Below the pieces are notes generated by a model, which saw nothing but the letters and a program-made list of their open reading frames with translations, did no database searches and had not been told where the DNA came from. Shown here piece by piece: positions 55,906 to 63,399 of a stretch of DNA of 64,000 bases. Position numbers and translations under genes: made by a program. The DNA is from Octopus sinensis (taxonomy: Eukaryota): assembly GCF_006345805.1 (NCBI RefSeq), contig NC_043018.1, positions 11,904,001-11,968,000 on the forward strand, read 5' to 3'. Numbering within the stretch: the stretch's first letter is position 1; the number at the start of each line of letters is the position of its first letter.

Positions 55906-58900
55906 TAAATTAGAGATAAAACCACTATTAGGCAAATCAAACAGTGAAAAACATAAGCCAAAACATAAAATTAATTTAAAAATATAAAAGTTAAAAATAA
56001 AAAATTATCTAAATAATTTAAACTTATAAATTTTATATATATATACAAATATATATATATATATATGTATGTATGTATATTGTTATATTTCGGAATGGTC
56101 ATATTGCCAGTTTAGCCAATAAAAACACACGCACTATATATTTGGTGTTATTTTGCTTCAGTGATATTTATTTTTTACATTAATCTTAATCTTATTTCGG
56201 CCAAAGTTCTTTCGTCACACTCCTGTGACCGCATCAGTGGTCCTTTGTTTTCTTCTCACTTACTTGTGTCTCTCCTTACTAACCGTCAGCCATTTTGTAT
56301 TTCTATTGTATGTCTTCATTTGCGCATGCTTATATCTCTATGTGCGTCTATGTTTATTTAGTGTGTGGAGGGGGATGCCTGTAATATTTGTATCTTCTGG
56401 TTATATACATTCTTGTAATTTGTATTTTGTTTTTGTTGTTGTTGCTTTTGTTCTAATTTTGTTCATGTGTTTACATCCACCCATTATTATCATTACATAT
56501 GCTTGTATGTATGTATAACAACAATATTAGTAATAATAATAATAAATCTAATCAAAAAAAAAAAATATATACATATACATATATAATATATACATAATAT
56601 ACATATACATATACATATATATACATATATACACAAATACATACACATATAGATATTCATTTCTATTTCTTTAATACCTGTGTATTTATTATGTTTGCAG
56701 GATCCACTATTGTCATATGTTGTGGTGTGCGCTATTGCTCCATTCTAGTTTTCTATTCAGGCTAGGTTTATTTTCTATTATATGTGTAGCTTCTGTAATT
56801 TGTCTAATTGTTGCATCTGTTCTATGTGTGGACAATATCTTAATCTCTATGTTATTGATTGATCCCCCGTGTTCTTGTTCGGCATGTTGGTACAGAATCG
56901 ATGAGCTTTTACCTTCCTTGAGTTGTCTCCAATGTTCATTCACCTGCTCACCAATGCTTCTTGCAGTTTCCCCTACGTATGTTACTGTCTTGTTACTGCA
57001 TCGTCCCTCTATACATCTTATACTATAGACCACATTTCTGGCTTTACAGTTCGTTTGTGGGCTAAATCTACATACAGTGCAATAGTTATCCGTACAGAGA
57101 GTTCTACTAAAAGGATAGCTTCTACCAATTATAGATCTGATAGGGTTGCCTGGCTTTTCAACAACCTTAATTCTTAGTTTAAGTTTATCTAGGGTCCTTC
57201 TAAAGCGGTACGCTAGTTCACCTCCAGGGGTGGTGTCAACGAACATGACACTCTGGTATTTATGGCTATCACTAAATAAACATAGACGCACATAGAGATA
57301 TAAGCATGCGCAAATGAAGACATACAATAGAAATACAAAATGGCTGACGGTTAGTAAGGAGAGACACAAGTAAGTGAGAAGAAAACAAAGGACCACTGAT
57401 GCGGTCACAGGAGTGTGACGAAAGAACTTTGGCCGAAATAAGATTAAGATTAATGTAAAAAATAAATATCACTGAAGCAAAATAACACCAAATATATAGT
57501 GCGTGTGTTTTTATTGGCTAAACTGGCAATATGACCATTCCGAAATATAACAATATCTGTTTCAACACACGACTTCACATAAAAAATCTTGCACAACAAA
57601 TATTTAAACGTACTATGTATGTATATTTTTATATTTATATATTATTTTATTTATTTATTAATTAATTAATTAATTTTTTTTTTTTTATATATATATCAAA
57701 AGTATTAAAAGTTTAATAAAAGATAAAGAGTAAAACACTACGATCGTTTCATGGCTGTACCAATTCAAATAGCAATAATTTAAATTCAATTAATAATTTG
57801 AGTTATGGTTACATTCAATCTTCAGGTTAATTGAAATATTTAAAAAATAATCAGAAATATTTAAATTCTATTACCAAACTAGAAACTTAAAACTTAACAA
57901 TTATGATTATATCAAAATCAATTATCATGTTAAATATTAATTTTAATTTATAAGGTAGGAAACCCACCAATAATTTAATATCTGTAGTAGTCTATATCTA
58001 ATTATATAAATATAAAAAAAAAAAATAATAACTATTATATATAAATTATCAATGAAAATATATAAATGTATATAAATATTATAATTAAGATCTAAAATAA
58101 TCTCTATAAATAAATATATATGCACATATAATAAAAACCTAATAAATTAATTTTTCAACCACGATCGGTTGCTGCTTTTACATGTCACCGACACGGACGC
58201 CAGTCAGGTGGCGCTTGCATCTGCCACGTTTGGACGGTGCTTTTAACGTGTCACCGGCACGGGTATCTTAATAACAATTTCCATTTGATTTTATATATAT
58301 ATATATGTTCAATATATGACCATCCCATTGTATTGTTCTTTCTTGGTGTATTTAGGACCACATTATCCAATGTGACCTCATTTTTTAAAGATGTTAAAGT
58401 GTTTTTGAGAGGGTTTGGCTGCTGTTTCTACCATATCATAAAAGATAATTATTGAGACAATGATAACGTAATCAACATGAATTTGAATTTACATTAAAAC
58501 AGTAAATATACTAACTTGTCAGGTGAAGGCACTATGTCAAAATAGTCTGCAGTAGACACTACCTGGAATGTCAGCTTATCATCATCTGGGTCTGTGGCCT
58601 GTAAAAAGACATAATCACTATTATTATCAGCATTAAATTTACTGTTTGATATCGATTTTTACTACTCAATATTGAAATCCTTCCTCTTGATTTGGCTAAG
58701 CAAGTCTCAAAAATCACCTTGACATCAGAGGTATCATGAACACAAGGAAGTTACTTCTGTTTCATGATGATTCCTTCTTGGTAAAAGTGACACATCTGAC
58801 AGATCCATTGGGAGTTATGATGGGCTGAGGTTGTGGACCGTGTTGGCTCTTCAACCCAGATGCTCTAAGAAAATGTACACACCCTCACAATGCAACCCCT

Positions 58901-61900
58901 TTACAGAGACAATGCTTTGGCAATCTCAAACCATGAATGGCCACACTATGGAGATAACCTTAAGAAGAACCTGATTAGCATTTTCAAAGAATTTGGTTTA
59001 ACTAGAACAGTTACAACCAACTTAACAAGGGTCAACATCCTGGATGTTATCTTAGACCTTGAGATGGGCAAATGCTACTCCAACAAAAACATCAAGTGAG
59101 GAAACAGTTTACATTCATAAATATTCCAACCACCCTCAAGCTGTAATCGGAAACCTGATCACATGTATCAGTAGAAAGAATGTCCAATGTATTGTCAGGT
59201 GGAGAGATCTTTAACAGGGCTGCATCACATTACAACAAGGTTGCAGGGATAAGTGGTTTTACTGACAGACTAATACACACTGAGAAACCGACATTAGAAA
59301 AGAGTTAGAAAAATAAATGTTATCTAGTTTATACGAGATACCATTTAGTTATCTAGTATAAACTATATACTATATAGCATTATAGATAATCCTCCATACA
59401 GCCTAGATATTTCAACCAAAATGGTCAGGAGATTCCTGACCTTAGTTAGACAACATTTCCCATTTCCATAATGCTAAGGTGAGCTATTCATGTTTTCACA
59501 ACATTGCTTTAAATATCAGGTCCCTGCAACAGAAGCAAACATGCATCAACACGCCTTAGCTGGCCAAAACTTGCTGAAATCATAAACAACTGGCAAATAG
59601 GTAATTCATGCTTCTCAAAAGCCATGGTCTATAAAACAACTCTCCACACCACCTGATGTTATTACAAGACATAGCTTAGGTATGATAGCTGATGTCTTCA
59701 AGGTGAAATGATTGCATCAAATGCATTCCTTCAGCAATTCCTGACAGCAAAAACTCCAGCTCCTTGTTCTGCTTCATCCAAAGATTCCATGACAACCTTA
59801 TTCACCCAGGGCTCACAATTGCCAACTCTACCTCTGAGAAAGGCTGCACATATTCAAACAACCTGTACGACCTATTAATAGAAGGCTTACATTTTATATT
59901 GCTATAAAAGATGAGCATTTTTGATGTATTTCGAACCATTGACACTGTCCAGTAATGCCGACATACACCCTAGACCAGTCTTATATTATGCTTGTTGTCC
60001 ACACAAAGATTATTACACCCCAGTCCTCAATGATCCAGCAGACTTGCCACCCATGTCTATGCCAAGCATCACACACTGATGACTAAGTAGTATTCATCTG
60101 TTGTCATTACATCCAGGCTGAGGGTGTCTTGGCATCACTCACCAAGTCCTTTGTGAGCTGCTCTCTGGCTATCTATCTGCGGCTTTATATAGCTATGGTA
60201 AGACCTCACCTGGAATTTGCATCACCAGTCTGGAACCCCTATCTTGCCTAGGATATTAATTGTCTGGAAGATGTTCAGTGATGTGCAACCAAGAAAAAAC
60301 CCTCCATCAGGCATTTGCCATATTCTGAATGCCTTACTTCCTTGGGCACGGATACATTGAAACTCCGACGTCTGGCAGCTGACTTGGCAGACACCCATAA
60401 AATTATTAACCATCTTACTAACAAGAACTCTGAGCACCTTTTCAAACTCCACCCATCTAACACCTATGGACATATTTACTAAGTCAGAAAACAGCACAGC
60501 TCCCATGACTTTAGGAAACATTTTTTCTCGCTGAGAGTTGCTGAAGCATGGAACAAACTGCCGGCATCAGTTGTTATTTGTTGGAGCACTGCATCCTTCA
60601 AAACTTCCATGCTTCCTGAGATTCGCCAACACTACACCTGATTTTCTCCCCTCCATACACACGCAAGCTTGTATCTGACTCATACACTGTTCGCTTTCCA
60701 GACATTTGTACATTACTGCAGATGCTTTATACGCACTTTTGACAAGTTGTGGTGCACCTGAGCACTGTATACAATAAGTTCATCATTATTAGTATTATTA
60801 TATGTGACTATAACTGAGCATCAGACATCAAGCTCTCTCTTTAATGCAGAATCCACTCCTAACCAGTGATGTTGCTGATGCATCAAATACTGCATTTTGA
60901 TAACTAATTGACATTAATATCCCGGTGAGGTGTTAGATATGTTGTCACTGACTTATCACTACAATAATGTGACCTGAACTGACTGAAGACATTTCGTTTA
61001 TCATCACTTTACTTCTGAATGTCCAAGGAGCTGACTGTGCTTTCATGTCCATGAGACCTTAGGAAACATGAGGGGCTAAGCCAGCCTGTTAATCAACATG
61101 CAAACATGAGGGGCTAAGCCAGCCTGTTAATCAACATGCAAACATGAGGGGCTAAGCCAGCCTGTTAATCAACATGCAAACACATATATTTATGTATGTG
61201 TATTCATGTGGATATGCTTCTTTCAGTGGTGTGTGTCTGGGAAAGAGTAAAAATTTGTACTCTTTGGGCAAAGTCCAGTGGTTTGCAGAGAATCCCTTGT
61301 AACTCACTCTCAGAAATGGGTTCACTGAAAACCTGAAACCCAAAGAGAAAGGAAAAGAGAAGTTTCGTTCAAATTCTATGCTTCCATTTTAAAATGTGAT
61401 GAACATATTTGGAAAACTTATCCATAGATAAAATTAGAATTTATATCATAGATACAAAAGCATGAGAATTAAGAAATGGATGATGTCAATTATATCAATC
61501 CCAAGCATCTAAATTGTACTTGTTTTATAAACTCGAGGAAGAATGAGTAGCAAAATTGGCCTGGGTGGAAATTGAACTTGGAACATAAACTGGTATTTTG
61601 TTTGCTGCTCCACAATACAAAATATGTATATGCATATGAAAAGAGGTATTTTGTCCGTTGTCAATCCTATACTGAATATGTCAAAAGAGAGGAGAAGGTC
61701 ATGGTTGGAATGCCAGTTTTAAAGGGGGAATAAAGTGAAAGAAGTCATTTCATCGTTTTAAGCTCTAATTTCATAGCTTCATCTAGCTGTGAGATAAATC
61801 AATACCTTGACAAAATGCAGTTTAGTCCAAGGTCAACTTCCATCAAGCAAATCTATGATATAAGGTGTTGCAACCGTAACCATTCCTTCTTATTGTATAT

Positions 61901-62699
61901 TAATCCTTTAGCATTTAAACCGGCCATATCTGGCCAAAATAATCTACCGGTTTTATCTTCAAACTGGCCAGATCCAAATTCTTACATTTACCCTACAATA
62001 TTATTCTAATCAAAGAAATAAATATTCTAATCATAAACAATCACATCATTGATATCTCAAAGCTACCAGGTAAATGCATGATTAATTCAAACCAATGTGA
62101 ATAAATAAGCATTTCATTTGGCAGAGAAATATGAATGCTAAAGGGTTAAAGATTACACTGTTCAATGCACGTGTAAGTATGTACAGAGTAATTTGAGGGA
62201 GATTTGGTGGCTGTTTCCAGCAAATCAAGTTATTACATACAAGCTTCATTTTAGCTTGTCAATTGCTGTTTTGACTGAAGCCAACCTTGATTAAACTAAC
62301 TTGTGACTGAATTCTGAAGAGCAGAGGTCATTGGTATGACAGCAGAAAAGGCAGAGAGACGGAAATGCATGTTTCTAAATCAGAAAATAGAGCGTGTCTG
62401 TAACTGACTTTATGCCAATCAAACGAGTAGCCTTTTCTTGGATTTGATCTTGGATATCTCTGCATAACAGCTGCACTGTCTCAGATGTGGGGAGCTTCAC
62501 TTCACTGTTGGCTTCTCCTCAGCTTTGTAGGTGGTGGCTAGTAAGATGAAATTAAAGCGCTACACTTACCAATATTGTTGTTAATATAGTTTCAGGTGCA
62601 GTTGTCTCAAGTATTTCAAGCGTTTTGGGTGTGAGACTGGAAAATGTTGGCTTCCGATTGGCTGATGTTACACTCACTGTAACCATAACAACAGAGGAT
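1789..62699 (-). CDS. Giant multi-exon cadherin-superfamily gene (internal part: 23 exons, 1,440 codons, 14 complete EC repeats); both ends lie outside the window
   Basis: Manual splice reconstruction: every intron is GT-AG, every junction phase matches, and there are no stops. Recurrent ATDxD, IDxxTG, LDYE/LDFE and DxNDxxPxF motifs. The orthologue is not recognisable from sequence alone. Confidence 0.95.
2690..3005 (-). mobile_element. Dispersed repeat/SINE, family C
   Basis: Shares the GGCTGAGTACTCCAC...GGAGATTCAGC...GGAGCAA core with 47750-47930(+). Confidence 0.6.
3189..3288 (-). CDS. Cadherin exon 22 (100 nt, 0->1) [19 protein letters not shown]...INPT
   Basis: Acceptor aattctcag, donor gtaagc. 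Confidence 0.95.
4366..4506 (-). CDS. Cadherin exon 21 (141 nt, 0->0) ANDNGNP...[10 protein letters not shown]...PNLF
   Basis: Acceptor ctttttgaaaag, donor gtaagt; canonical DxNDN linker. Confidence 0.93.
4657..5228. repeat. Foldback/MITE-like element with about 135-bp imperfect inverted arms (4657-4791 / 5094-5228)
   Basis: The reverse complement of the right arm aligns to the left arm (GTAGTCAGAATTTT...CAGATATGAG...CAGAAAATTTCTTTGCCTTTTAT). Confidence 0.8.
5428..6473 (+). mobile_element. Non-autonomous Helitron/Helentron-like element
   Basis: 5' ACTAGCA..GACCC..GGGTC..TGCTAGT hairpin, internal microsatellite, and a 3' (CAGA)n...TTTTATATATATAAGAT end like insect Lep1/DINE-1-type elements. 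A fragment of the same hairpin occurs at about 24120-24150. Confidence 0.5.
6870..7605 (-). mobile_element. 5'-truncated CR1-group LINE (ORF2 C-terminus plus 3' end)
   Basis: 217-aa ORF with [13 protein letters not shown] and [10 protein letters not shown]; flanked on both sides by TA microsatellite. Confidence 0.88.
7606..10975. repeat. About 3.4-kb compound (TA)n/(TACA)n microsatellite array
   Basis: Direct inspection; the Y/I/C/M/V-rich ORFs here are artefacts. Confidence 0.98.
10976..11260 (+). mobile_element. RTE LINE 3' end fragment
   Basis: GTGCCAGTGGCACGTAAAAAGCACC modules, GTTAGGAAGGGCATCCA, and a (GAT)n tail, the same as the 3' UTRs of the RTE copies at 22910-26010. Confidence 0.85.
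11924..12015 (-). CDS. Cadherin exon 20 (92 nt, 1->0) [30 protein letters not shown]
   Basis: Acceptor tctggacag, donor gtaagt. Confidence 0.9.
12171..12342 (-). CDS. Cadherin exon 19 (172 nt, 0->1) [15 protein letters not shown]...ATDAD...FTLK
   Basis: Acceptor cttgtccag, donor gtaaga. Confidence 0.94.
14644..14745 (-). CDS. Cadherin exon 18 (102 nt, 0->0) [12 protein letters not shown]...SSEIT
   Basis: Acceptor ctttttaccag, donor gtaagg. Confidence 0.9.
17279..18529 (-). CDS. Cadherin exon 17 (1,251 nt, 0->0; about 4 EC repeats)
   Basis: 417 codons of the 451-aa ORF; contains [13 protein letters not shown] and VQDHGSPP; acceptor atttctcag, donor gtgagt. Confidence 0.96.
18808..19097. mobile_element. 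hAT-type MITE
   Basis: Imperfect TIR CAGTGGCGGACCGG / CCAGTCCACCACAT with GGGCCC subterminal motifs; TSD not clean. Confidence 0.6.
20117..20235 (-). CDS. Cadherin exon 16 (119 nt, 1->0) [18 protein letters not shown]...VGTDIFQ
   Basis: Acceptor ttaacatacag, donor gtaaga; bridges the phases of exons 15 and 17. Confidence 0.85.
20691..20865 (+). mobile_element. tRNA-derived SINE, family A (5' part)
   Basis: A-box TGGCTGTGTGG and B-box GGTTCAATTCC. Other copies at 1-54(-), about 21840-22050(-), 28848-28995(+), 49495-50165(+) and 50751-51164(+). Confidence 0.85.
21592..21754 (-). CDS. Cadherin exon 15 (163 nt, 0->1) VPASNPDK...LMIVADN
   Basis: Poly-T tract plus tctcag, donor gtaagt. Confidence 0.9.
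22910..24120 (+). mobile_element. 5'-truncated RTE-clade LINE, copy 1
   Basis: 200-aa ORF2 C-terminus ([28 protein letters not shown]), modular 3' UTR and (GAT)n tail. Confidence 0.93.
24177..26010 (+). mobile_element. 5'-truncated RTE-clade LINE, copy 2, with a PHD-type finger and an expanded 3' UTR
   Basis: Stop-free frame 24177-25025; CpG-rich 3' UTR with 156-157-bp tandem units; (GAT)n tail. Confidence 0.94.
26446..26652. mobile_element. piggyBac-type MITE (degenerate)
   Basis: Same family as 61904-62145 (CCTTTAGCATT ends, CAAACTGGCCAGATC core). Confidence 0.7.
26968..27206 (-). CDS. Cadherin exon 14 (239 nt, 1->0) FFLNSTTG...EFDYE...NQFVTS
   Basis: Acceptor gttttgcag, donor gtaaat. 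Confidence 0.92.
28190..28345 (-). mobile_element. RTE-like ORF2 extreme C-terminal remnant
   Basis: [25 protein letters not shown] resembles RTE ends (W.D.I..DL......LA.DR). Confidence 0.5.
28540..28706 (-). CDS. Cadherin exon 13 (167 nt, 2->1) [15 protein letters not shown]...ATDPDND...LNDT
   Basis: Acceptor acttacag, donor gtaagg. Confidence 0.93.
29776..29888 (-). CDS. Cadherin exon 12 (113 nt, 0->2) [13 protein letters not shown]...ARNKNEK
   Basis: Poly-T tract plus gcag, donor gtaaag. Confidence 0.9.
30204..30710 (+). mobile_element. Internally deleted mariner
   Basis: TIRs TACAAGGTCTGGTCAAAAAGTATCAGAACTG / CAGTCCCAATACTTTTTGATCAGATCTCATA with TA ends; transposase C-terminus [13 protein letters not shown]. 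Confidence 0.85.
30711..31105 (-). mobile_element. RTE 3' UTR/tail fragment
   Basis: Reverse complement of the RTE 3' modules and (GAT)n tail. Confidence 0.85.
31622..31722 (-). CDS. Cadherin exon 11 (101 nt, 1->0) [33 protein letters not shown]
   Basis: Pyrimidine tract plus ccag, donor gtaaaa. Confidence 0.9.
32984..33060 (+). mobile_element. Solo mariner terminus
   Basis: TATGAGGTGGTATCAAAATGTTCCCGGACTATTTCTGTAGCA matches the TIR of the 41470-42305 element. Confidence 0.65.
33189..33300 (-). CDS. Cadherin exon 10 (112 nt, 0->1) VVAENIVDN...[11 protein letters not shown]
   Basis: Acceptor ttaacttcaag, donor gtgagt. Confidence 0.88.
34115..34420. repeat. Degenerate minisatellite (TTTAGTTAATCYAGTCTGRTCAAG-like units)
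   Basis: Recurrent TTAGTTAAT and CCAGTCTG words. Confidence 0.7.
35399..35573 (-). CDS. Cadherin exon 9 (175 nt, 2->0) VSVKDKD...[17 protein letters not shown]...TFK
   Basis: Acceptor ttgtattgtag, donor gtaagt. Confidence 0.93.
36150..38620 (+). mobile_element. Degenerate R4/Dong-like non-LTR retrotransposon (RT region)
   Basis: [52 protein letters not shown] and [13 protein letters not shown]; many stops and frameshifts; truncated before the REL endonuclease. The 5' boundary is uncertain. Confidence 0.82.
38857..38945 (-). CDS. Cadherin exon 8 (89 nt, 0->2) [29 protein letters not shown]
   Basis: Acceptor ttttcttaatag, donor gtatgg. Confidence 0.92.
39352..40090 (+). mobile_element. Tx1/L1-group LINE 3' fragment
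   Basis: [18 protein letters not shown] zinc knuckle; paralogous to 45245-46650. Confidence 0.82.
40965..41177 (-). CDS. Cadherin exon 7 (213 nt, 0->0) [10 protein letters not shown]...KVEIYFK
   Basis: Poly-T tract plus cag, donor gtaaga. Confidence 0.92.
41470..42305 (-). mobile_element. Internally deleted mariner
   Basis: [13 protein letters not shown] motif, N-terminal [14 protein letters not shown], and a matching TIR at about 42268-42303. Confidence 0.85.
42305..42630. repeat. Degenerate about 20-bp tandem repeat (ATCAAAAATGATT...)
   Basis: Recurrent AAAAATGATTG words; a similar tract lies at 43420-43850. Confidence 0.6.
42690..43200 (+). mobile_element. Chapaev-3/CMC-like DNA transposase remnant
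   Basis: Degenerate [42 protein letters not shown] and GECFHQD. The superfamily name is assigned from recalled motifs. Confidence 0.6.
43895..44132 (-). CDS. Cadherin exon 6 (238 nt, 2->0) [11 protein letters not shown]...DSNNKKPKF...IYTPK
   Basis: Acceptor tttcattcag, donor gtgcgt. Confidence 0.93.
44941..45130 (+). mobile_element. tRNA-derived SINE with V-domain-like body
   Basis: A-box TGGCCGAGTC, B-box GGTTCGAAT, and TGTGACGGACTGGCATCCCATACAGG...GAAACCAG. Confidence 0.6.
45245..46650 (+). mobile_element. Tx1/L1-group LINE 3' fragment
   Basis: [21 protein letters not shown] and CPRC...[10 protein letters not shown]; one frameshift near 45470-45500. The 3' UTR end is approximate. Confidence 0.88.
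49495..50165 (+). mobile_element. Family-A SINE interrupted by a family-B SINE (49642-49874)
   Basis: 11-bp direct repeat GAAACTGAAAG at 49629-49639 and 49875-49885. Confidence 0.85.
50250..50299 (-). CDS. Cadherin exon 5 (50 nt, 0->2) [16 protein letters not shown]
   Basis: Acceptor ttttgttgtag, donor gtaagt; ATDxD motif. Confidence 0.9.
50751..51164 (+). mobile_element. Full-length family-A SINE
   Basis: tRNA-like head, central microsatellite, and tail GGCGGTGCTCCAGCACGGCC...GACTGAAACAAGTAAAAG. Confidence 0.88.
51358..51486 (-). CDS. Cadherin exon 4 (129 nt, 0->0) [20 protein letters not shown]...VGKVL
   Basis: Long pyrimidine tract plus cag, donor gtaagt. Confidence 0.92.
51836..52850 (-). 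mobile_element. Degenerate mariner
   Basis: TIR TATGAGGTTTGGCTGAAAAGTT; N-terminus [12 protein letters not shown]...DIHADMV; [14 protein letters not shown]. Confidence 0.85.
53450..53700 (-). mobile_element. RTE reverse-transcriptase fragment
   Basis: [30 protein letters not shown]...[10 protein letters not shown] (RT motifs 4-6). Confidence 0.8.
54236..54326 (-). CDS. Cadherin exon 3 (91 nt, 2->0) [30 protein letters not shown]
   Basis: Acceptor cacttag, donor gtaagt; fills the phase and domain gap between exons 2 and 4. Confidence 0.8.
56077..57556 (-). mobile_element. 5'-truncated Penelope-like element: GIY-YIG endonuclease between perfectly inverted 287-bp pLTR copies
   Basis: [13 protein letters not shown]...TYVGETARS...EH...LYQH; inverted arms at 56077-56363 and 57270-57556. 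Confidence 0.9.
56199..56243 (-). ncRNA. Candidate minimal type I hammerhead ribozyme (mirror copy at 57390-57434, +)
   Basis: GGACCA-CUGAUG-CG-GUCAC(AGGAGU)GUGAC-GAAA-GAAC-UU-UGGCC; core position A9 is non-canonical. Confidence 0.5.
58516..58598 (-). CDS. Cadherin exon 2 (83 nt, 0->2) [27 protein letters not shown]
   Basis: Acceptor ctttttacag, donor gttagt; ATDPD motif. Confidence 0.92.
58680..59900 (+). mobile_element. Highly degenerate Penelope-like element (RT plus GIY-YIG)
   Basis: [38 protein letters not shown], and a KAMVYK remnant. Confidence 0.72.
60185..60800 (+). mobile_element. CR1-group LINE 3' fragment
   Basis: [24 protein letters not shown] and [14 protein letters not shown]; in-frame stops; 3' (ATT)n-like tail. 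Confidence 0.85.
61064..61182. repeat. Perfect 38-bp tandem repeat, 3.1 copies
   Basis: Unit AAACATGAGGGGCTAAGCCAGCCTGTTAATCAACATGC. Confidence 0.95.
61904..62145. mobile_element. piggyBac-type MITE
   Basis: TIR (T/C)CCTTTAGCATT, with TTAA at 61900-61903 and 62146-62149. Confidence 0.85.
62570..62699 (-). CDS. Cadherin exon 1 in window (130 nt, phase 2->0) [19 protein letters not shown]...TTIL
   Basis: Acceptor ttatttccaacag, donor gtaagt; EC linker followed by the A/B strands. Confidence 0.9.
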
Positions 62700-63399
62700 C
62701 TGTTGGAAATAAATTGAAGGCATAAAAATAAGGAGTCAGAGGAAAATAAAATAGAGTTGGTAGGGTGTGAGAGTAATTCACACCAGATCAACATTTAAGC
62801 GGTGAGATGTCCATAAATTGTTACTATCACTACTTACTAAGCCCGTCTTCCAGATCACTGAAATGGCTCAGTTCACTAAATTGAAAACAAGGTTACATAA
62901 ATGAATCTGTTCATTTATGGATCAGTCCACTAAACTGAAAATAGGTACTGCATTGATACAGGGTTGTCATTTGTGAAGCAAGTTGCAGAAATAGATCGAA
63001 CCATTTAAGTGAAAAGAGGCATTGCATTAGGTCTATTACCATATAGATGGTAATAGTTTTTTTTAATTGCAAAATGTGGAGGATTTCAATGATAAGCAAA
63101 CAATTGTCCAATAAACTGAATCCTTACGCATAAAATAATGGTCTAATAAGCTTGAATAAGAGAGGGGGGATGGAGGGAGTGAGGGAAGGAGAGAGAATGA
63201 GAAAGAGAGTGAAATCAGCACAGAAAATTGTGGTGTCTGTGTTTTGAGGATAGCAAAGGCACCATTCTGTTTATTTTCTGAAAAGAGGCTGCAAGTGGGA
63301 CACTGGGACACTCAAGATGTTTAGAGGAACCACTCAAAGGAAGAGAGTGAACAGGAATCTGAAAGAGTTCACATTCATCATAACAATGCATGACCACTC

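Noticed and set aside
59900-59940. AGATGAG...CGAAC after the old Penelope element, a possible hammerhead relic
   Set aside because: Core and stems are too degenerate to distinguish from chance.
62838-62857. Possible micro-exon (DLEDGL) with cag/gtaagt sites upstream of exon 1
   Set aside because: It cannot end in phase 2 without creating a stop. It would fit only if one G were missing from the assembly, which raw reads could test.
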